A DNA stretch of 64,000 bases from an uncultured Nitrososphaerota archaeon (GCA_963824385.1 CAWGPD010000001.1:32001-96000); one strand, 5' to 3'. Positions 42,058 to 53,549 are shown, counted from the first letter of the stretch. The notes: generated by a model not told the origin, from the letters alone. Numbers and translations: made by a program.

Positions 42058-42084
42058 ACCCCCAAGATTAGAAATGATCACATC

Positions 42085-43110
42085 ATGTCGTCAATAGCAA
42101 CTTTAGGTTCTCATTGTGCGCTTCAAGTCCTCAAGGGTGCAAAAGATGAAGGATTCAAAACCATTCTAGTGTGCGAGAAAAAACGTGAAAAACTGTATAA
42201 AAGATTTCGGTTTATAGATGAATTTGTACTAGTGGATTCATTTTCTGAAGTGATGGATCAGAGATGCTCAAATATTTTAAAAGAAAACAATGCAGTAATT
42301 GTACCACATGGAACTCTAATAGCTCAGATGAGCTCATCAGAGATAGAATCAATCAAGACACCAATCTTTGGAAACAAGTGGATTCTCAGATGGGAGTCTG
42401 ACAGAAACATGAAAGAAAAACTCATGGTGGAATCCAAATTAAAAATCCCAAGATCATTATCTAGTCCAAGTGAAATAAATGGTCTAGTAATTGCAAAAAG
42501 ACACGGTGCCGCGGGAGGAAAGGGATACTTTCTTACAACAAATGAAGAAGAGTACATAAAAAAACGCGACAAGCTAATTGGAGATGGAATAATCAAAGGA
42601 GACTCTGACTTGTATCTACAGGAATATGCGTTGGGAGTTTCAGCGTATTTACAATATTTTTATTCTGAGCTCAAGTGGAGAGCTAGAATTTTTCGGAGTA
42701 GACCGAAGATACGAGTCAGATATTGATGGCCTTGGAAGAATTCCACTCAAGAGCAAATCGACATTGAGTTAATTCCATCATTTAACGTAATAGGCAACAG
42801 TCCTCTAGTATTGCGCGAATCACTACTTGAGGAAGTCTATGCGATGGGTGAGAGATTTGTAGAAGCTGCAAAACGGCTAGTTGCTCCAGGTATGACAGGG
42901 CCTTTCTGTCTTGAGGGAGTCTATGACGAAAACGGCAAATTTACTACGTTTGAGTTTTCTGCAAGAATTGTAGCAGGAACAAATCTGTATGTAGACGGTT
43001 CTCCATATTCATCACTAATCTATAATGAACCCATGAGTATGGGACGAAGAATAGCCCGAGAGATAAAGAATGCAAATACCAAGAATAGCCTATCAAAAAT
43101 AGTTACGTGA
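42085..43110 (+). CDS. purP: Formate-dependent AICAR transformylase PurP family (two frameshifts)
   Basis: IATLGSHCALQ, GGKGYF, GPFCLE, FEFSARIVAGTN. Confidence 0.88.
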
Positions 43111-43178
43111 TTTTAGCCAATAATATTAGACGATAAAACCAGCACTTGTAGAATATGAAAAATCCAAAAATTCTGGCC

Positions 43179-44027
43179 TTATGCACCACCAAGTGTAACG
43201 ATAAGGTCTGTGACAAAACCAGCACAAAGACCAAAGAAAAGTCCAATCATCAAAACATTATTGGTCGTTTGTTTTCGCCCGGAATTATACATCAACATAG
43301 AAACATAGATCAGTGCACCTCCCGCCATGGATAAAAACAAAATATAGGCAACATTAGATATCCATAGACTTCCCAGCATGGTACCCACAAATGTTGGACC
43401 ACCTCCAATCAGTCCTACTTTGGCAAGAAATTTTGCACTGGGTTTTTTCAATATTCCAGTAAGCGGACCTGCTATACCAAACCCTTCTGTAGTATTATGC
43501 GCTCCAAATCCTATAATCAGTATAATTGCAAGTCCAATTTGTCCTGCCACATACGACTGACCAATTGCTAATCCTTCACTAAAGTTGTGTGCACCAATTC
43601 CAATTGCTATCATCATTGCAAGCCTGTATGCACTTGCATCATGGAAAAGCCTGTGAAGATGATCATCACCTTCTTTGAGGTTATCAAGAGAGAGTATCTG
43701 TGGAAATTGTTTTGTCATCAGTTTTGTTTCGTATAATACCAAACCTAACAGACCAATTGCTATACCACCAAACATTGCGGCAAGATCAATTACTGCATCG
43801 CCAATTGGACCTTTTCCAGAAAAAGCATCAGTTGCTGCACTTGATGCAGTCTCATAGCCATGGCTAAAAACATCAATAATTAAAAATACTAAAATTCCAA
43901 GTGCAAACGCATTCAAGAATCCCTTCTTTTTTGAACTGAGATGTTGTAATACCGCCACAGGAAGGCCAAGAAAAATTGTAAACCCAGCTATTGCACCAAG
44001 TAACAAAAGTTGCCAATAATCAATCAC
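43179..44027 (-). CDS. ZIP-family metal transporter
   Basis: HNFSEG and HNTTEG motifs, multiple TM helices. Confidence 0.92.
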   Translation of the reverse strand: MIDYWQLLLLGAIAGFTIFLGLPVAVLQHLSSKKKGFLNAFALGILVFLIIDVFSHGYETASSAATDAFSGKGPIGDAVIDLAAMFGGIAIGLLGLVLYETKLMTKQFPQILSLDNLKEGDDHLHRLFHDASAYRLAMMIAIGIGAHNFSEGLAIGQSYVAGQIGLAIILIIGFGAHNTTEGFGIAGPLTGILKKPSAKFLAKVGLIGGGPTFVGTMLGSLWISNVAYILFLSMAGGALIYVSMLMYNSGRKQTTNNVLMIGLFFGLCAGFVTDLIVTLGGA

Positions 44028-44037
44028 GGTAATTTCA

Positions 44038-44051
44038 TTAGGATAAGCTAA
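44038..44051. promoter_or_regulatory. DtxR/MntR-type operator (minus strand TTAGCTTATCCTAA)
   Basis: Between the TATA box and the start of the ZIP gene. Confidence 0.65.
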
Positions 44052-44111
44052 CTTATTTAAATCACGGACTGGTTCTAGAATTTGAGAATTACACCCGCGT
44101 CGTTTAAATAG

Positions 44112-44125
44112 TTAGGCATGCCTAA
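44112..44125. promoter_or_regulatory. Perfect palindrome TTAGGCATGCCTAA
   Basis: Directly after the TTTAAATA box of the wHTH gene. Confidence 0.7.
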
Positions 44126-44136
44126 TTCAAAAAATA

Positions 44137-44466
44137 TTGAAAAAGAAAGTTCCATTATCACAGCTTAAAAAATATGATATCAATCAAAAAATTCTAGAAG
44201 CGTTAGCAGATCTTCAATCAAGGTCAATATTATTTTCAATCATTAAGGAAGGAAAGACAGCACTAGAATTATCAGAAAAATACAGGATTCCCCTTAGTTC
44301 TGTTTACAAAAAGATTTCAGATTTAGAGCAACTTGCTCTAGTAAGTGTTGATAAATGGGTCTTGTCAGAGAATGGAAAAAAATTCAAGGTATACAAGAGC
44401 AGAATTAGTCGGGCCGAAATAAGCATAAAAAAACCAGAGCCGGTTATAATTTTAAGCCCAAATTAA
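44137..44466 (+). CDS. ArsR-like winged-helix regulator
   Basis: ILEALAD..SR.IL...IPLSSVYKK...GKKFKVYKSR; paralog of 2103-2444. Confidence 0.8.
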   Translation: MKKKVPLSQLKKYDINQKILEALADLQSRSILFSIIKEGKTALELSEKYRIPLSSVYKKISDLEQLALVSVDKWVLSENGKKFKVYKSRISRAEISIKKPEPVIILSPN

Positions 44467-44514
44467 AGCCGATGTTCAAATAGTTAATATTCAAAGAAAA
44501 CCCACCTCAAAAAA

Positions 44515-45162
44515 GTGAAGAAATACTATTACTTTGCAATACCTGTAATCATAACAATAGCAGCAGCCTATTACATGGCAACACCACATGAAACCAAACA
44601 GAATGAATTGACACCCCAGATGTTAGTGCAAAATGGTTCACCAATGCTTGGAGATCCTAATGCAAAGATAACGATTGTAGAGTTTGGAGATTATCAGTGT
44701 ACATATTGCCATTTGTTTCATGAAAACACCAAAGATGCATTACTTCAAGAATATGTCGATACCGGTAAGGTCAACTTTGTATTTCGTGATTTCCCACTAA
44801 ATGGTCCAGATTCAGTGTTGGCAGCAGAGGGGTCATACTGTGCTGACGACCAGGGCAAATACTGGCAATACCATGATGAGTTGTACAAAAACTGGGCAGG
44901 CGAGAAAACTGGATGGGTAAATCAAAAATCATTGGACAAATTCGCTACAACAGTAGGTTTGGATTTAGATACATTTGATAAATGCATGTCAGATAATAAA
45001 TATGAGCAAAAAGTGTTAGATAATCAAAAATTCGGTGAGAATATAGGAATAGACTCAACACCGTCATTTATCATATTTGATAGTAAGGACGCCACCAAAG
45101 TAGTAGGCGCGCAGCCTTTATCAGTATTCCAGCAAGTTCTGGACAAATTCCAAAATAGTTAG
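44515..45162 (+). CDS. DsbA-family thiol-disulfide oxidoreductase
   Basis: GDPNAK.TIVEFGDYQCTYC, STPSF. Confidence 0.9.
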   Translation: MKKYYYFAIPVIITIAAAYYMATPHETKQNELTPQMLVQNGSPMLGDPNAKITIVEFGDYQCTYCHLFHENTKDALLQEYVDTGKVNFVFRDFPLNGPDSVLAAEGSYCADDQGKYWQYHDELYKNWAGEKTGWVNQKSLDKFATTVGLDLDTFDKCMSDNKYEQKVLDNQKFGENIGIDSTPSFIIFDSKDATKVVGAQPLSVFQQVLDKFQNS

Positions 45163-45172
45163 GTGATAATTC

Positions 45173-46447
45173 ATGGTCAAACCTAAGATAGAAAAACAAG
45201 ATTCTGTAAAATTATACAAACTTCGAAAGATGTTAGAAGAATTATCCGATAAAGAAGGACGTGGTACGGAATTAATCTCGCTTTATGTTCCTCCAAAAAA
45301 GGCATTGCATGAAGTCATAAACAATCTTCGCGAAGAGCAGGGAACTGCAGATAACATCAAGTCAGACCTTACAAGGACCCATGTAGTAGATGCATTGTCT
45401 AGAGTAATCCAGAGACTAAAACTCTACAAATCATCTCCCGATAAAGGACTGGTCATGTTTTGTGGTGCATTACCACCAGAAGGCGGAGGTCCAATTGGAA
45501 GCGAAGTCATAAAACTATACGAGATCGAACCTCCAAAAGAACTGCAGACATTTCTATACAGATGCGATGATCATTTTCACGTAGATCTTCTCAAGGAAAT
45601 GTTAAGGGATGATAACATGATAGGATTTTTAGCAATTGATGCCAAAGATGCAGGATGGGGATTATTGCGCGGTGACAAATTAGATGTGTTATCAGAGACA
45701 TCATCAGGTGTTGCAGGAAAACATAGACAGGGAGGCCAGTCTGCAAGAAGATTTGAAAGACTAAGAGAGATGGAGCTTAATGATTACTATAACAGAGTAG
45801 CTCATACAACTCGAGAATATTTTATCGACATTTATCCGGTAAAGGGCCTCATAGTTTCAGGACCAGGACCAACAAAAGAGAATTTCTTGAGAGAAAACTA
45901 TCTAGAATATAGACTGCAAAACAATATTCTTGCAACTCTTGACTGTTCTTATGCAGGTTCAGAAGGAGTGCGCGAGGCATTTGCCAAAGCCCAAGATGTT
46001 CTTACAGATTATAGAATGGTTGAAGAAAAAAAGATGGTAGAAAAACTATTCGCCGACATACATTTTTCAAGAGGCCTTGCCACATATGGTCTCAATGAAA
46101 TTATTGATCTTATGAAAAGAAACGTGGTAGAAACAGTACTAGTTACAGATGATACAAATCTGCGAAAAATTGACATCACATGTAGAAGATGTCAAAATGT
46201 CCAGACAGAGATTTTAGAACGTCCAAAGGTCATTCCAAGAGTACAGGTACTACTTAGTCAGCCTTGTCCTAGCTGTAAAAGCATGGACTTGGAATCAACT
46301 GAACGGGACATTGTAGATTATCTAGATCTTCTTGCAGGTCAAACAGGTGCAAAAGTCGAGGTCATCACTGGATCAACTGAATATGGCACAATGCTTTCAA
46401 GCATAGGTAAAGTTGGCGCATTTTTAAGATACAATCCAAATCAGTAA
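45173..46447 (+). CDS. prf1: Peptide chain release factor aRF1
   Basis: NIKS, YRCD, GGQS motifs. Confidence 0.96.
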   Translation: MVKPKIEKQDSVKLYKLRKMLEELSDKEGRGTELISLYVPPKKALHEVINNLREEQGTADNIKSDLTRTHVVDALSRVIQRLKLYKSSPDKGLVMFCGALPPEGGGPIGSEVIKLYEIEPPKELQTFLYRCDDHFHVDLLKEMLRDDNMIGFLAIDAKDAGWGLLRGDKLDVLSETSSGVAGKHRQGGQSARRFERLREMELNDYYNRVAHTTREYFIDIYPVKGLIVSGPGPTKENFLRENYLEYRLQNNILATLDCSYAGSEGVREAFAKAQDVLTDYRMVEEKKMVEKLFADIHFSRGLATYGLNEIIDLMKRNVVETVLVTDDTNLRKIDITCRRCQNVQTEILERPKVIPRVQVLLSQPCPSCKSMDLESTERDIVDYLDLLAGQTGAKVEVITGSTEYGTMLSSIGKVGAFLRYNPNQ

Positions 46448-46557
46448 TTTTTTAAAATTAGTCATAATGAAACAGACTTTGATAGAAAAGTAAATTCGAT
46501 GAGGCATACCGCCAGCATTCAATAAACAGTAAATATCATTTAGAATTAAGATCAATT

Positions 46558-47265
46558 GTGCATTTTTGGCTTGGATCACATTGTTATGTTGAAAATGGAA
46601 ACACATTATCACATCCAACTCAGGTCACTGCAATTTCAGATGTAATTACACTTGTATCAGATCTAGGAAATCATATTCCCGACAAATCATGGATGCTTTA
46701 TCTTTTGGAATTATTTAATGCACAACAAACCCCTGTTGAACTAAATCTCATATGTTCGTTTAATGACGATGGTAAGTTTCATGCCATATTTGGAGGCGTA
46801 AATCAATTCGAGTTTAAGATCAAACCAATAGTTGAACATTCATACCTACGCCAAATCATCATGGAATCAGCAGAGCAGAGAATTTCATACCATCTCAAAG
46901 ATCTGACAACAGGTGAGACGGATTCATTTGTTTTACAGCAAGGTAAAAATTTGTTTGATTTTACCATAGTAAAGAATTTCACAGGACTTGAATGGCACAA
47001 CAGGGTAGGAAATACCCCATATCCAATCAGATATGAAGTGAAGATATCACATCTTGCGTATGGAATAAATGATAATCGTTCAGATTTACAATCTTTAACA
47101 TATTTTCCATACAATCAATTAATTGCAGATTATGAAGGGCGTTCAAAAGAATATCCGGTATCGTTAGATAATTTTGAGATCAAGGAGGGATTTATCACAT
47201 ACAGGATTGGAAGCGGCAAATATAATTTGGGAATCATAAACAGATTTCTAAAACCATACCTCTAA
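46558..47265 (+). CDS. Hypothetical protein
   Basis: Long ORF with GLEW.N motif; no family recognised. Confidence 0.55.
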   Translation: MHFWLGSHCYVENGNTLSHPTQVTAISDVITLVSDLGNHIPDKSWMLYLLELFNAQQTPVELNLICSFNDDGKFHAIFGGVNQFEFKIKPIVEHSYLRQIIMESAEQRISYHLKDLTTGETDSFVLQQGKNLFDFTIVKNFTGLEWHNRVGNTPYPIRYEVKISHLAYGINDNRSDLQSLTYFPYNQLIADYEGRSKEYPVSLDNFEIKEGFITYRIGSGKYNLGIINRFLKPYL

Positions 47266-47290
47266 ATATTTTAAAATTTCACGCAAATTC

Positions 47291-47611
47291 ATGGAGCATG
47301 TGACACCAGAAGAATTTGATTCAAAAGTATTAAAATCTGACAAAAAGACACTTGTTCTATTTTATGCAACATGGTGTCCATATTGTTCCAATTTCAAACC
47401 AACTTTTGAATCTGCAAAAATTGAAAATACAGACAAGATGGGTTCAATTATTGACGAGGATGAAAATCCACTCTGGGACAGATTCAATATCCAGGCAGTT
47501 CCCACAATGCTGTTATTTCAAAATGGAAAAATAATTTCAAGAAGAGATGCCAAAAAACATGTAGGTCTTACAAAATCAGACATGGATTCAGTCGTTACTG
47601 AATTATCTTGA
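47291..47611 (+). CDS. Thioredoxin
   Basis: FYATWCPYC, VPT. Confidence 0.9.
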   Translation: MEHVTPEEFDSKVLKSDKKTLVLFYATWCPYCSNFKPTFESAKIENTDKMGSIIDEDENPLWDRFNIQAVPTMLLFQNGKIISRRDAKKHVGLTKSDMDSVVTELS

Positions 47612-48031
47612 TAACATATTGTCTCTAATTTTTTTTGCCAGTTCGTCAAGATCATCATTTGTGCTAATCATTCTTCTTGCCCAAGAATTTCCTATCTTGT
47701 GATATCTTGGAATAATATGAACATGTACATGTGGAATTATCTGGTTGGCTGATTTTCCGTTATTTTGTCCAATGTTAAATCCGTCTGCCCCTGTTGCTGC
47801 AAGAATACTGCGTGCTATAACAGGTACTCTAGAAAACAGTTCACCAACTTCATCATCAGACATGTCAATAATTTTTTCGTGATGTAACTTGGGCATTACT
47901 AGCGAGTGTCCCTTCTGTATTGGATACTTGTCCATAATTGCAATGTGAGTCTCATCTTCAAATATTATATGAGCATCTTGTTTTTTATTCACGATATTGC
48001 AGAAAATACAATCCATGTCTTTTTTGCACAA
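47603..48031 (-). CDS. HIT-family hydrolase
   Basis: DCIFC, HVHVHIIPR. Confidence 0.93.
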   Translation of the reverse strand: MCKKDMDCIFCNIVNKKQDAHIIFEDETHIAIMDKYPIQKGHSLVMPKLHHEKIIDMSDDEVGELFSRVPVIARSILAATGADGFNIGQNNGKSANQIIPHVHVHIIPRYHKIGNSWARRMISTNDDLDELAKKIRDNMLSR

Positions 48032-48116
48032 AGTATTTTATTTATACTCACCTTCATGAGATCTTAAAACTACACTTGCTCATGTCAGATACTGTTATTT
48101 AGGGTAAAATTTTGAC

Positions 48117-48731
48117 TTGTATCGTAAAATGGGAAAAAAAGATAGAGAAGAGCGAGTCCAGGAAAGAGAGAGTTTTTACCAAAAGCGACAAAAGACCCAA
48201 TTTAGAAACAAGGCAATAGCAATAGGCATTTTATCAGGAATTATTGCAGTACTTGCAATATCCAGTTATAATTTCTACATATTATCTTCACAAGTAACAC
48301 CACAAGGCATGCCCGTCGGATCAGGCCCTCTTGGAGGAATTCACATTCATGGAGGACTGTTAACCATGATTTACGGTCAACAATTTGATTATTCGTCTAC
48401 AGCTTACCAGATAAAAAGTCCATACATTAGTTTCCAAAAAGGAAATGGTGAAACAGTATTCATGAATGCTGCCAATGTGACAATGGGATTTCTCTTTGAC
48501 TCATTAAAAATTGGATTAGATGATAAATGCTTTACATTCCCAGACAAACGTGCATTTTGTACAAATGACAAGTACACATTAAAGTTCTATGTGAATCATC
48601 ACGAAGTACCTGATCTGAGAAACTATGTCTTCAAAGACCAAGATAGAATGCTAATATCATATGGCAACGAGAATGACACTCAAATAAATGCCCAGTTGGC
48701 CAAATTAGACGGATTCCAACTAATAACTTAG
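48117..48731 (+). CDS. Conserved thaumarchaeal membrane-anchored protein
   Basis: Basic N-terminus, TM helix, LKFYVN...YV..D.DR.LISYG. Confidence 0.65.
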   Translation: MYRKMGKKDREERVQERESFYQKRQKTQFRNKAIAIGILSGIIAVLAISSYNFYILSSQVTPQGMPVGSGPLGGIHIHGGLLTMIYGQQFDYSSTAYQIKSPYISFQKGNGETVFMNAANVTMGFLFDSLKIGLDDKCFTFPDKRAFCTNDKYTLKFYVNHHEVPDLRNYVFKDQDRMLISYGNENDTQINAQLAKLDGFQLIT

Positions 48732-49954
48732 GATTCAGAGAGTTCGTCTTTTAGTATCTTAAATTCATCCAAAGTAATTTCCCCTTTTGCCAATCTATTT
48801 TTGAGAATAGTCATTGCATAATCCCAATCATGTTGTTCAGGGGTAGGCTCTATTGGCAGTGGTGCATCCTTTATTGTTTCAACTTTGGCGCTTGGAGTTT
48901 TTTGCTTCTTTCTAAGATAAAGTATTGTTACAACTATTCCAACTCCTACAAGGGAAATCATTGGATATAGTATGGCATTAGCAAAGTTTGTAGAACTGCC
49001 TGACGTCAAATTATTTTTCTGCACTCCCACAGATTTTTGTGCAGCCAGATTAGCCGCCATGTCATTCACTCCAATGTTTTCATTGAGTTGAATAGTTTGC
49101 TGGGTGTTTTGTGACGGATTGGAAGATGGACTAGAATTTTGTGCACTAAGAAGTTGTTGCAATTGCCTTGCAGCAGCATATCTTTGTTGGAGAATTTCAT
49201 CTAATGATTGGGTTGAGTTTTGAACAGTGGAGTTTGAATTTTGAACAGTGGAAGAATTAGTATTTTGTACATCAGGCGCAGTTGGAGAGGGCTGAGTAAA
49301 CACAATAGATGCAGATGAAGGAAGACTAGTGCCAGCAGCGTTTACAGTTGACACTCTATAGGAGTGTTCTGAGTTTGGTATCAGGTTCATATCTTGATAA
49401 GTTGTTGTTTGTGAGTTTGCAATAACATTAAAGCCACTACCATCATTTCTTTCAATTTCATATCCTGTTATAGGAAGACTAGTATTGTTTTGAGGAGCTA
49501 GCCAGTTAGAATCAATTTCAGTGGGGGAGACAGATGTTGTTGTCAAATTAGTAGGAGGTGGCGATGTAAGAGATGACCCGTCAGGCGAAAAAGCAAAACT
49601 GACTGTTTTACCATCTGTTTTATTTGCAACAAAGGCAGTTGCATTGTACATTCCTTTAAGAGTCAATAGTTGCTGGTTACTTGGAATACTGGTATCTACA
49701 CTTATCTGAAATGTGTGGTTACTATCAGTGGTTCCAGATGTAAGTAATACAAATTTGTTAGTTGGATCAAAAATTAGAAGTGTGACATTAGGAGGATCAG
49801 TACTCAACGTAGTGCCAGAAAACTGGATCACATCCCCTCCTTTATAAAATAGTGAGCTGGTTTGAAGGGATGTCACATCAGCATAAGCTGGAATTATGAC
49901 AGAAATTGAAATAACAGATAAGAGTGTAACGAGGCATAGTCCATTTTTATTCAT
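48728..49954 (-). CDS. Secreted fibronectin-III protein with TM helix and SHOCT domain
   Basis: PP.NL...W.AP...ITGYEIER...YRVS.VN..G; LK.RLAKGEIT.DEF. Confidence 0.8.
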   Translation of the reverse strand: MNKNGLCLVTLLSVISISVIIPAYADVTSLQTSSLFYKGGDVIQFSGTTLSTDPPNVTLLIFDPTNKFVLLTSGTTDSNHTFQISVDTSIPSNQQLLTLKGMYNATAFVANKTDGKTVSFAFSPDGSSLTSPPPTNLTTTSVSPTEIDSNWLAPQNNTSLPITGYEIERNDGSGFNVIANSQTTTYQDMNLIPNSEHSYRVSTVNAAGTSLPSSASIVFTQPSPTAPDVQNTNSSTVQNSNSTVQNSTQSLDEILQQRYAAARQLQQLLSAQNSSPSSNPSQNTQQTIQLNENIGVNDMAANLAAQKSVGVQKNNLTSGSSTNFANAILYPMISLVGVGIVVTILYLRKKQKTPSAKVETIKDAPLPIEPTPEQHDWDYAMTILKNRLAKGEITLDEFKILKDELSES

Positions 49955-50163
49955 ATCAAGAGTTCAATGAATCCAACTGTTAAAAACTCGGTAGAATTGA
50001 TTCTTTTGGACGTTTAACTTAATGTTAATGCATAGATTCAAAGAAATGACATGATCAAATTCAGATTGGAGATATACCAAAATCCCAAGTCGATCAGTAT
50101 GAAGAATATGATCTCATGCGTGAAAATTTCTAGTATGTATAAAATAGGGGGATGTAAAAGATA

Positions 50164-51849
50164 GTGACAATAATGGAGATATCAAGTAGGAATGTAGTTG
50201 AAGGTACGGCAAGGGCTCCACATAGAGCCATGTACAAAGCAATGGGTCTAGATGATAACGATTTAGGAAAACCATTCGTCGGGGTATCACATAGTGGAAA
50301 CGAAGCCACTCCGTGTAACATTCATCTTGGAAGATTGGCAACTCATGCAAAGGCAGGAGTAGAAAGTGCAGGCGGTACACCAAGAGAATTTTCAACTATT
50401 GCCGTAAGTGATGGAATTGCAATGGGACATGAAGGTATGAAGTCATCTCTTGTAAGCAGAGAAATCATTGCAGATTCAATTGAATTAATGGTAAGAGCTC
50501 ATCAGTATGACGGATTGGTTGGGATTGCAGGTTGTGACAAGAGTCTTCCAGGCACAATGATGGCCATGGCTCGTCTTAACTTACCATCAGTCTTTGTGTA
50601 CGGTGGTACAATAATGCCAGGGGTTTACGAGGGAAAACAAGTTACAGTTCAAGATGTTTATGAGGCAGTAGGTGCGTATGATGCAGGCAATTTAACATTA
50701 GAGGCACTAAAAAATCTAGAAAATGTCGCATGTCCAAATTCGGGTTCCTGTGGAGGAATGTATACTGCAAATACTATGGCATCAATTAGTGAGGCAATAG
50801 GAATAGCACTTCCAGGAAATGCATCACCGCCAGCAGAAGATCCAAGAAGAGAAAAAATGGTCTATGAAAGCGGAAAAGCTGTAATGAATTTACTTGAAAA
50901 TGGAATAAGGCCAAAAGACATTTTGACGTATGAGGCGTTTGAGAATGCAATTACAGTTGCCAATGCAATAGGCGGTTCAACAAATGCAGTATTACACTTG
51001 CTTGCCCTATCACGTGAGATGGGAGTAAAACTAGAACTAGATGATTTTGAGAGAATTAGAAGAAAGACGCCACATCTTGCAGACATGAGACCTGGAGGGA
51101 CATATGTCATGTTGGATTTTGACAAGATAGGCGGAATTCCATTATTGATGAAAAGTTTACAAAAGAAAAATCTCATAAATGAAAATATAGTTACTGTAAC
51201 AGGTAAGACGGTAAAACAGAATCTAGATTCATTACAGATTTCATTTGACGCAAATCAGCAGGTCTTAAAATCAATCGAGTCCCCAATTCATGAAGTTGGA
51301 ACTCTAACAATTCTTAGAGGAACACTTGCGCCAGAAGGAGCAGTGGTAAAGGTTGCAGGAGTTCACACTAAAGAATTCAGAGGAAGAGCCAAAGTATACG
51401 ACAGAGAAGAAGACGCATTTGATGCAATATCAAAACGACAGATAAAGGAACATGATGTAGTAATAATACGATATGAAGGTCCAAAGGGAGGACCAGGTAT
51501 GCGAGAGATGTTAGGAGTAACAGCCGCTCTTGTTGGACAAAATCTGGGTGAGAAAGTTGCATTGATAACAGATGGAAGATTTTCAGGTGCAACAAGAGGT
51601 TTCATGATAGGCCATGTTGCCCCAGAAGCATCAGTTGGAGGAAATATCGCACTTGTTAAAGAAGGAGATGAAATAGTAATCAATCTTGAAAAAAATAGTA
51701 TCGATATAATGGTATCAGAAAACGAACTTGCACAAAGAAGGAAAGATTGGAAGCCAAGAAAACCAAATTATGAAAGTGGCGCTCTTGCAAAATATGCGTC
51801 ACTAGTAACTTCCGCTGCCGAAGGTGCAATTACAAAACCAATCTGGTAA
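50164..51849 (+). CDS. ilvD: Dihydroxy-acid dehydratase
   Basis: [30 protein letters not shown]. Confidence 0.96.
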   Translation: MTIMEISSRNVVEGTARAPHRAMYKAMGLDDNDLGKPFVGVSHSGNEATPCNIHLGRLATHAKAGVESAGGTPREFSTIAVSDGIAMGHEGMKSSLVSREIIADSIELMVRAHQYDGLVGIAGCDKSLPGTMMAMARLNLPSVFVYGGTIMPGVYEGKQVTVQDVYEAVGAYDAGNLTLEALKNLENVACPNSGSCGGMYTANTMASISEAIGIALPGNASPPAEDPRREKMVYESGKAVMNLLENGIRPKDILTYEAFENAITVANAIGGSTNAVLHLLALSREMGVKLELDDFERIRRKTPHLADMRPGGTYVMLDFDKIGGIPLLMKSLQKKNLINENIVTVTGKTVKQNLDSLQISFDANQQVLKSIESPIHEVGTLTILRGTLAPEGAVVKVAGVHTKEFRGRAKVYDREEDAFDAISKRQIKEHDVVIIRYEGPKGGPGMREMLGVTAALVGQNLGEKVALITDGRFSGATRGFMIGHVAPEASVGGNIALVKEGDEIVINLEKNSIDIMVSENELAQRRKDWKPRKPNYESGALAKYASLVTSAAEGAITKPIW

Positions 51850-51869
51850 ACATCAGAATTTTCTAGCAT

Positions 51870-52086
51870 CTATTCTTGTGGAATGTGATACTGGCAGAAA
51901 AGCCTCAATTTCATACCAATTCTTTTTGCAGTAATAGATACGCCATCTTCAAGGCCCTTTTGGCATATAGTACAGATTGCCTCTCGTGTGGTTGTTTTCA
52001 CAGGAGTTTTTTTTACTGCAAAATACAGGTCTTGGAACAGCAACGATTTTGCCTTACCAAAATCTGGAATCAGTATTTGAGACATA
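51870..52086 (-). CDS. Small CxxC...CxxH zinc-finger protein
   Basis: QDLYF...CTICQKGLEDGVSITAK...FCQYH. Confidence 0.7.
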
Positions 52087-52193
52087 CCTAATATACAGCA
52101 CAATCAGATATAAAGGTACCGTACCATACCGTAATTATAGTAATCAGATGTGGCTTAATTTTAAATAGAGAGATACAATGAGTTTGTTCATGG

Positions 52194-53549
52194 GTGGCCA
52201 CATTTGGGCATTCAAGCCTTAAGATAATACCTCTAGACTATACTGGCTCCCAATTTGATTTGTACAACAAAATATCGCATGACTTTGATCATGCATTCTT
52301 CTTTGAATCCCTTACAGGACCTGAAGAACTATCAGAGACATCACTGATTGGTTTTGATCCTGCAATTATTATCAAAGGGTATTCTGACAAAGTTGTGCTC
52401 CATTACAAAAGTGGAGGTGCCATGACAATTCAAACAAATGATCCCTTATCTGAAATCAAGAAACTGGTTTACAAAATACCTGATCAAAAATACCGATATG
52501 TTGGAGGAGCAGTTGGAATTATCAATTATGATGCAATTAGATTATGGGAAGAGATTCCAAATTCACATAAAGATTCAGAAGAGCCTTTGATGGAGTTTGG
52601 AATCTACACGGATGGAATACTTTATGACAACAAAGAAAAAAAATCATTTTATTTTTATTATGATAAAAATAGAATTGATGGAATATCATTCTCAAATATA
52701 GAGTGCGGCAAGTTTTCAGCCTCAGAAATTTCAGAGAATTTGGATCAAGACAAATTTGTAGAAATGGTAAAAAAGGCAAAAAAATACATTCATGATGGAG
52801 ATATTTTCCAAGTTGTACTTTCAAGAAAATTCAATTTTGAAGCAGAAGGAGATTATCTTAAAGTATACAAAATTCTAAGACAGATCAATCCTTCGCCATA
52901 TCTCTATCACATGAAACTAGGAGAGAGGACCATAATAGGTTCAAGTCCTGAAATGCTATTACGAATTACAGGAAATCAAGTAGAGACATTTCCAATTGCA
53001 GGAACAAGACCAATTACAAAAGATGAGAAGAGAAACGAGGAACTAAAAGAAGAGTTGCTACATGATGAAAAAGAACTAGCAGAGCATACAATGTTGGTAG
53101 ATCTGGGCAGAAATGATATTGGGCGAGTATGCAAATACGGATCTGTGTACGTCAAAGAACTAATGGCAGTCAAAAAATTCAGCCATGTTCAGCACATAGT
53201 AACTCACGTAGTAGGAACTTTGGATAAAAAATATGACATGTATGATGCCATGAAAGCAGTCTTTCCAGCAGGTACTGTTTCAGGCGCTCCAAAGATTAGA
53301 GCAATGGAGATAATTGATGAATTAGAGCCAGATACTAGAGGACCGTATGCTGGCGCTGTAGGATACTTTTCATTTAATGGCTGTTGTGACTTTGCAATAG
53401 CAATAAGAAGTATTTTCATGAATGGTTCAAAGGGATTCATTCAGACAGGGGCTGGAATAGTCACAGACTCGATTGCCCAAAATGAGTGGATGGAAACAGA
53501 ACACAAGGCAAATGCAATGATATCAGCTTTGAAGGAGGCATCAAAATGA
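52194..53549 (+). CDS. trpE: Anthranilate synthase component I
   Basis: [40 protein letters not shown]. Confidence 0.95.
   Translation: MATFGHSSLKIIPLDYTGSQFDLYNKISHDFDHAFFFESLTGPEELSETSLIGFDPAIIIKGYSDKVVLHYKSGGAMTIQTNDPLSEIKKLVYKIPDQKYRYVGGAVGIINYDAIRLWEEIPNSHKDSEEPLMEFGIYTDGILYDNKEKKSFYFYYDKNRIDGISFSNIECGKFSASEISENLDQDKFVEMVKKAKKYIHDGDIFQVVLSRKFNFEAEGDYLKVYKILRQINPSPYLYHMKLGERTIIGSSPEMLLRITGNQVETFPIAGTRPITKDEKRNEELKEELLHDEKELAEHTMLVDLGRNDIGRVCKYGSVYVKELMAVKKFSHVQHIVTHVVGTLDKKYDMYDAMKAVFPAGTVSGAPKIRAMEIIDELEPDTRGPYAGAVGYFSFNGCCDFAIAIRSIFMNGSKGFIQTGAGIVTDSIAQNEWMETEHKANAMISALKEASK

Noticed and set aside
45173..46447. Zinc-ribbon insertion (CRRC...CPSC) in aRF1 as a novelty
   Set aside because: A C-domain minidomain with Cys pairs is known in many archaeal aRF1 proteins.
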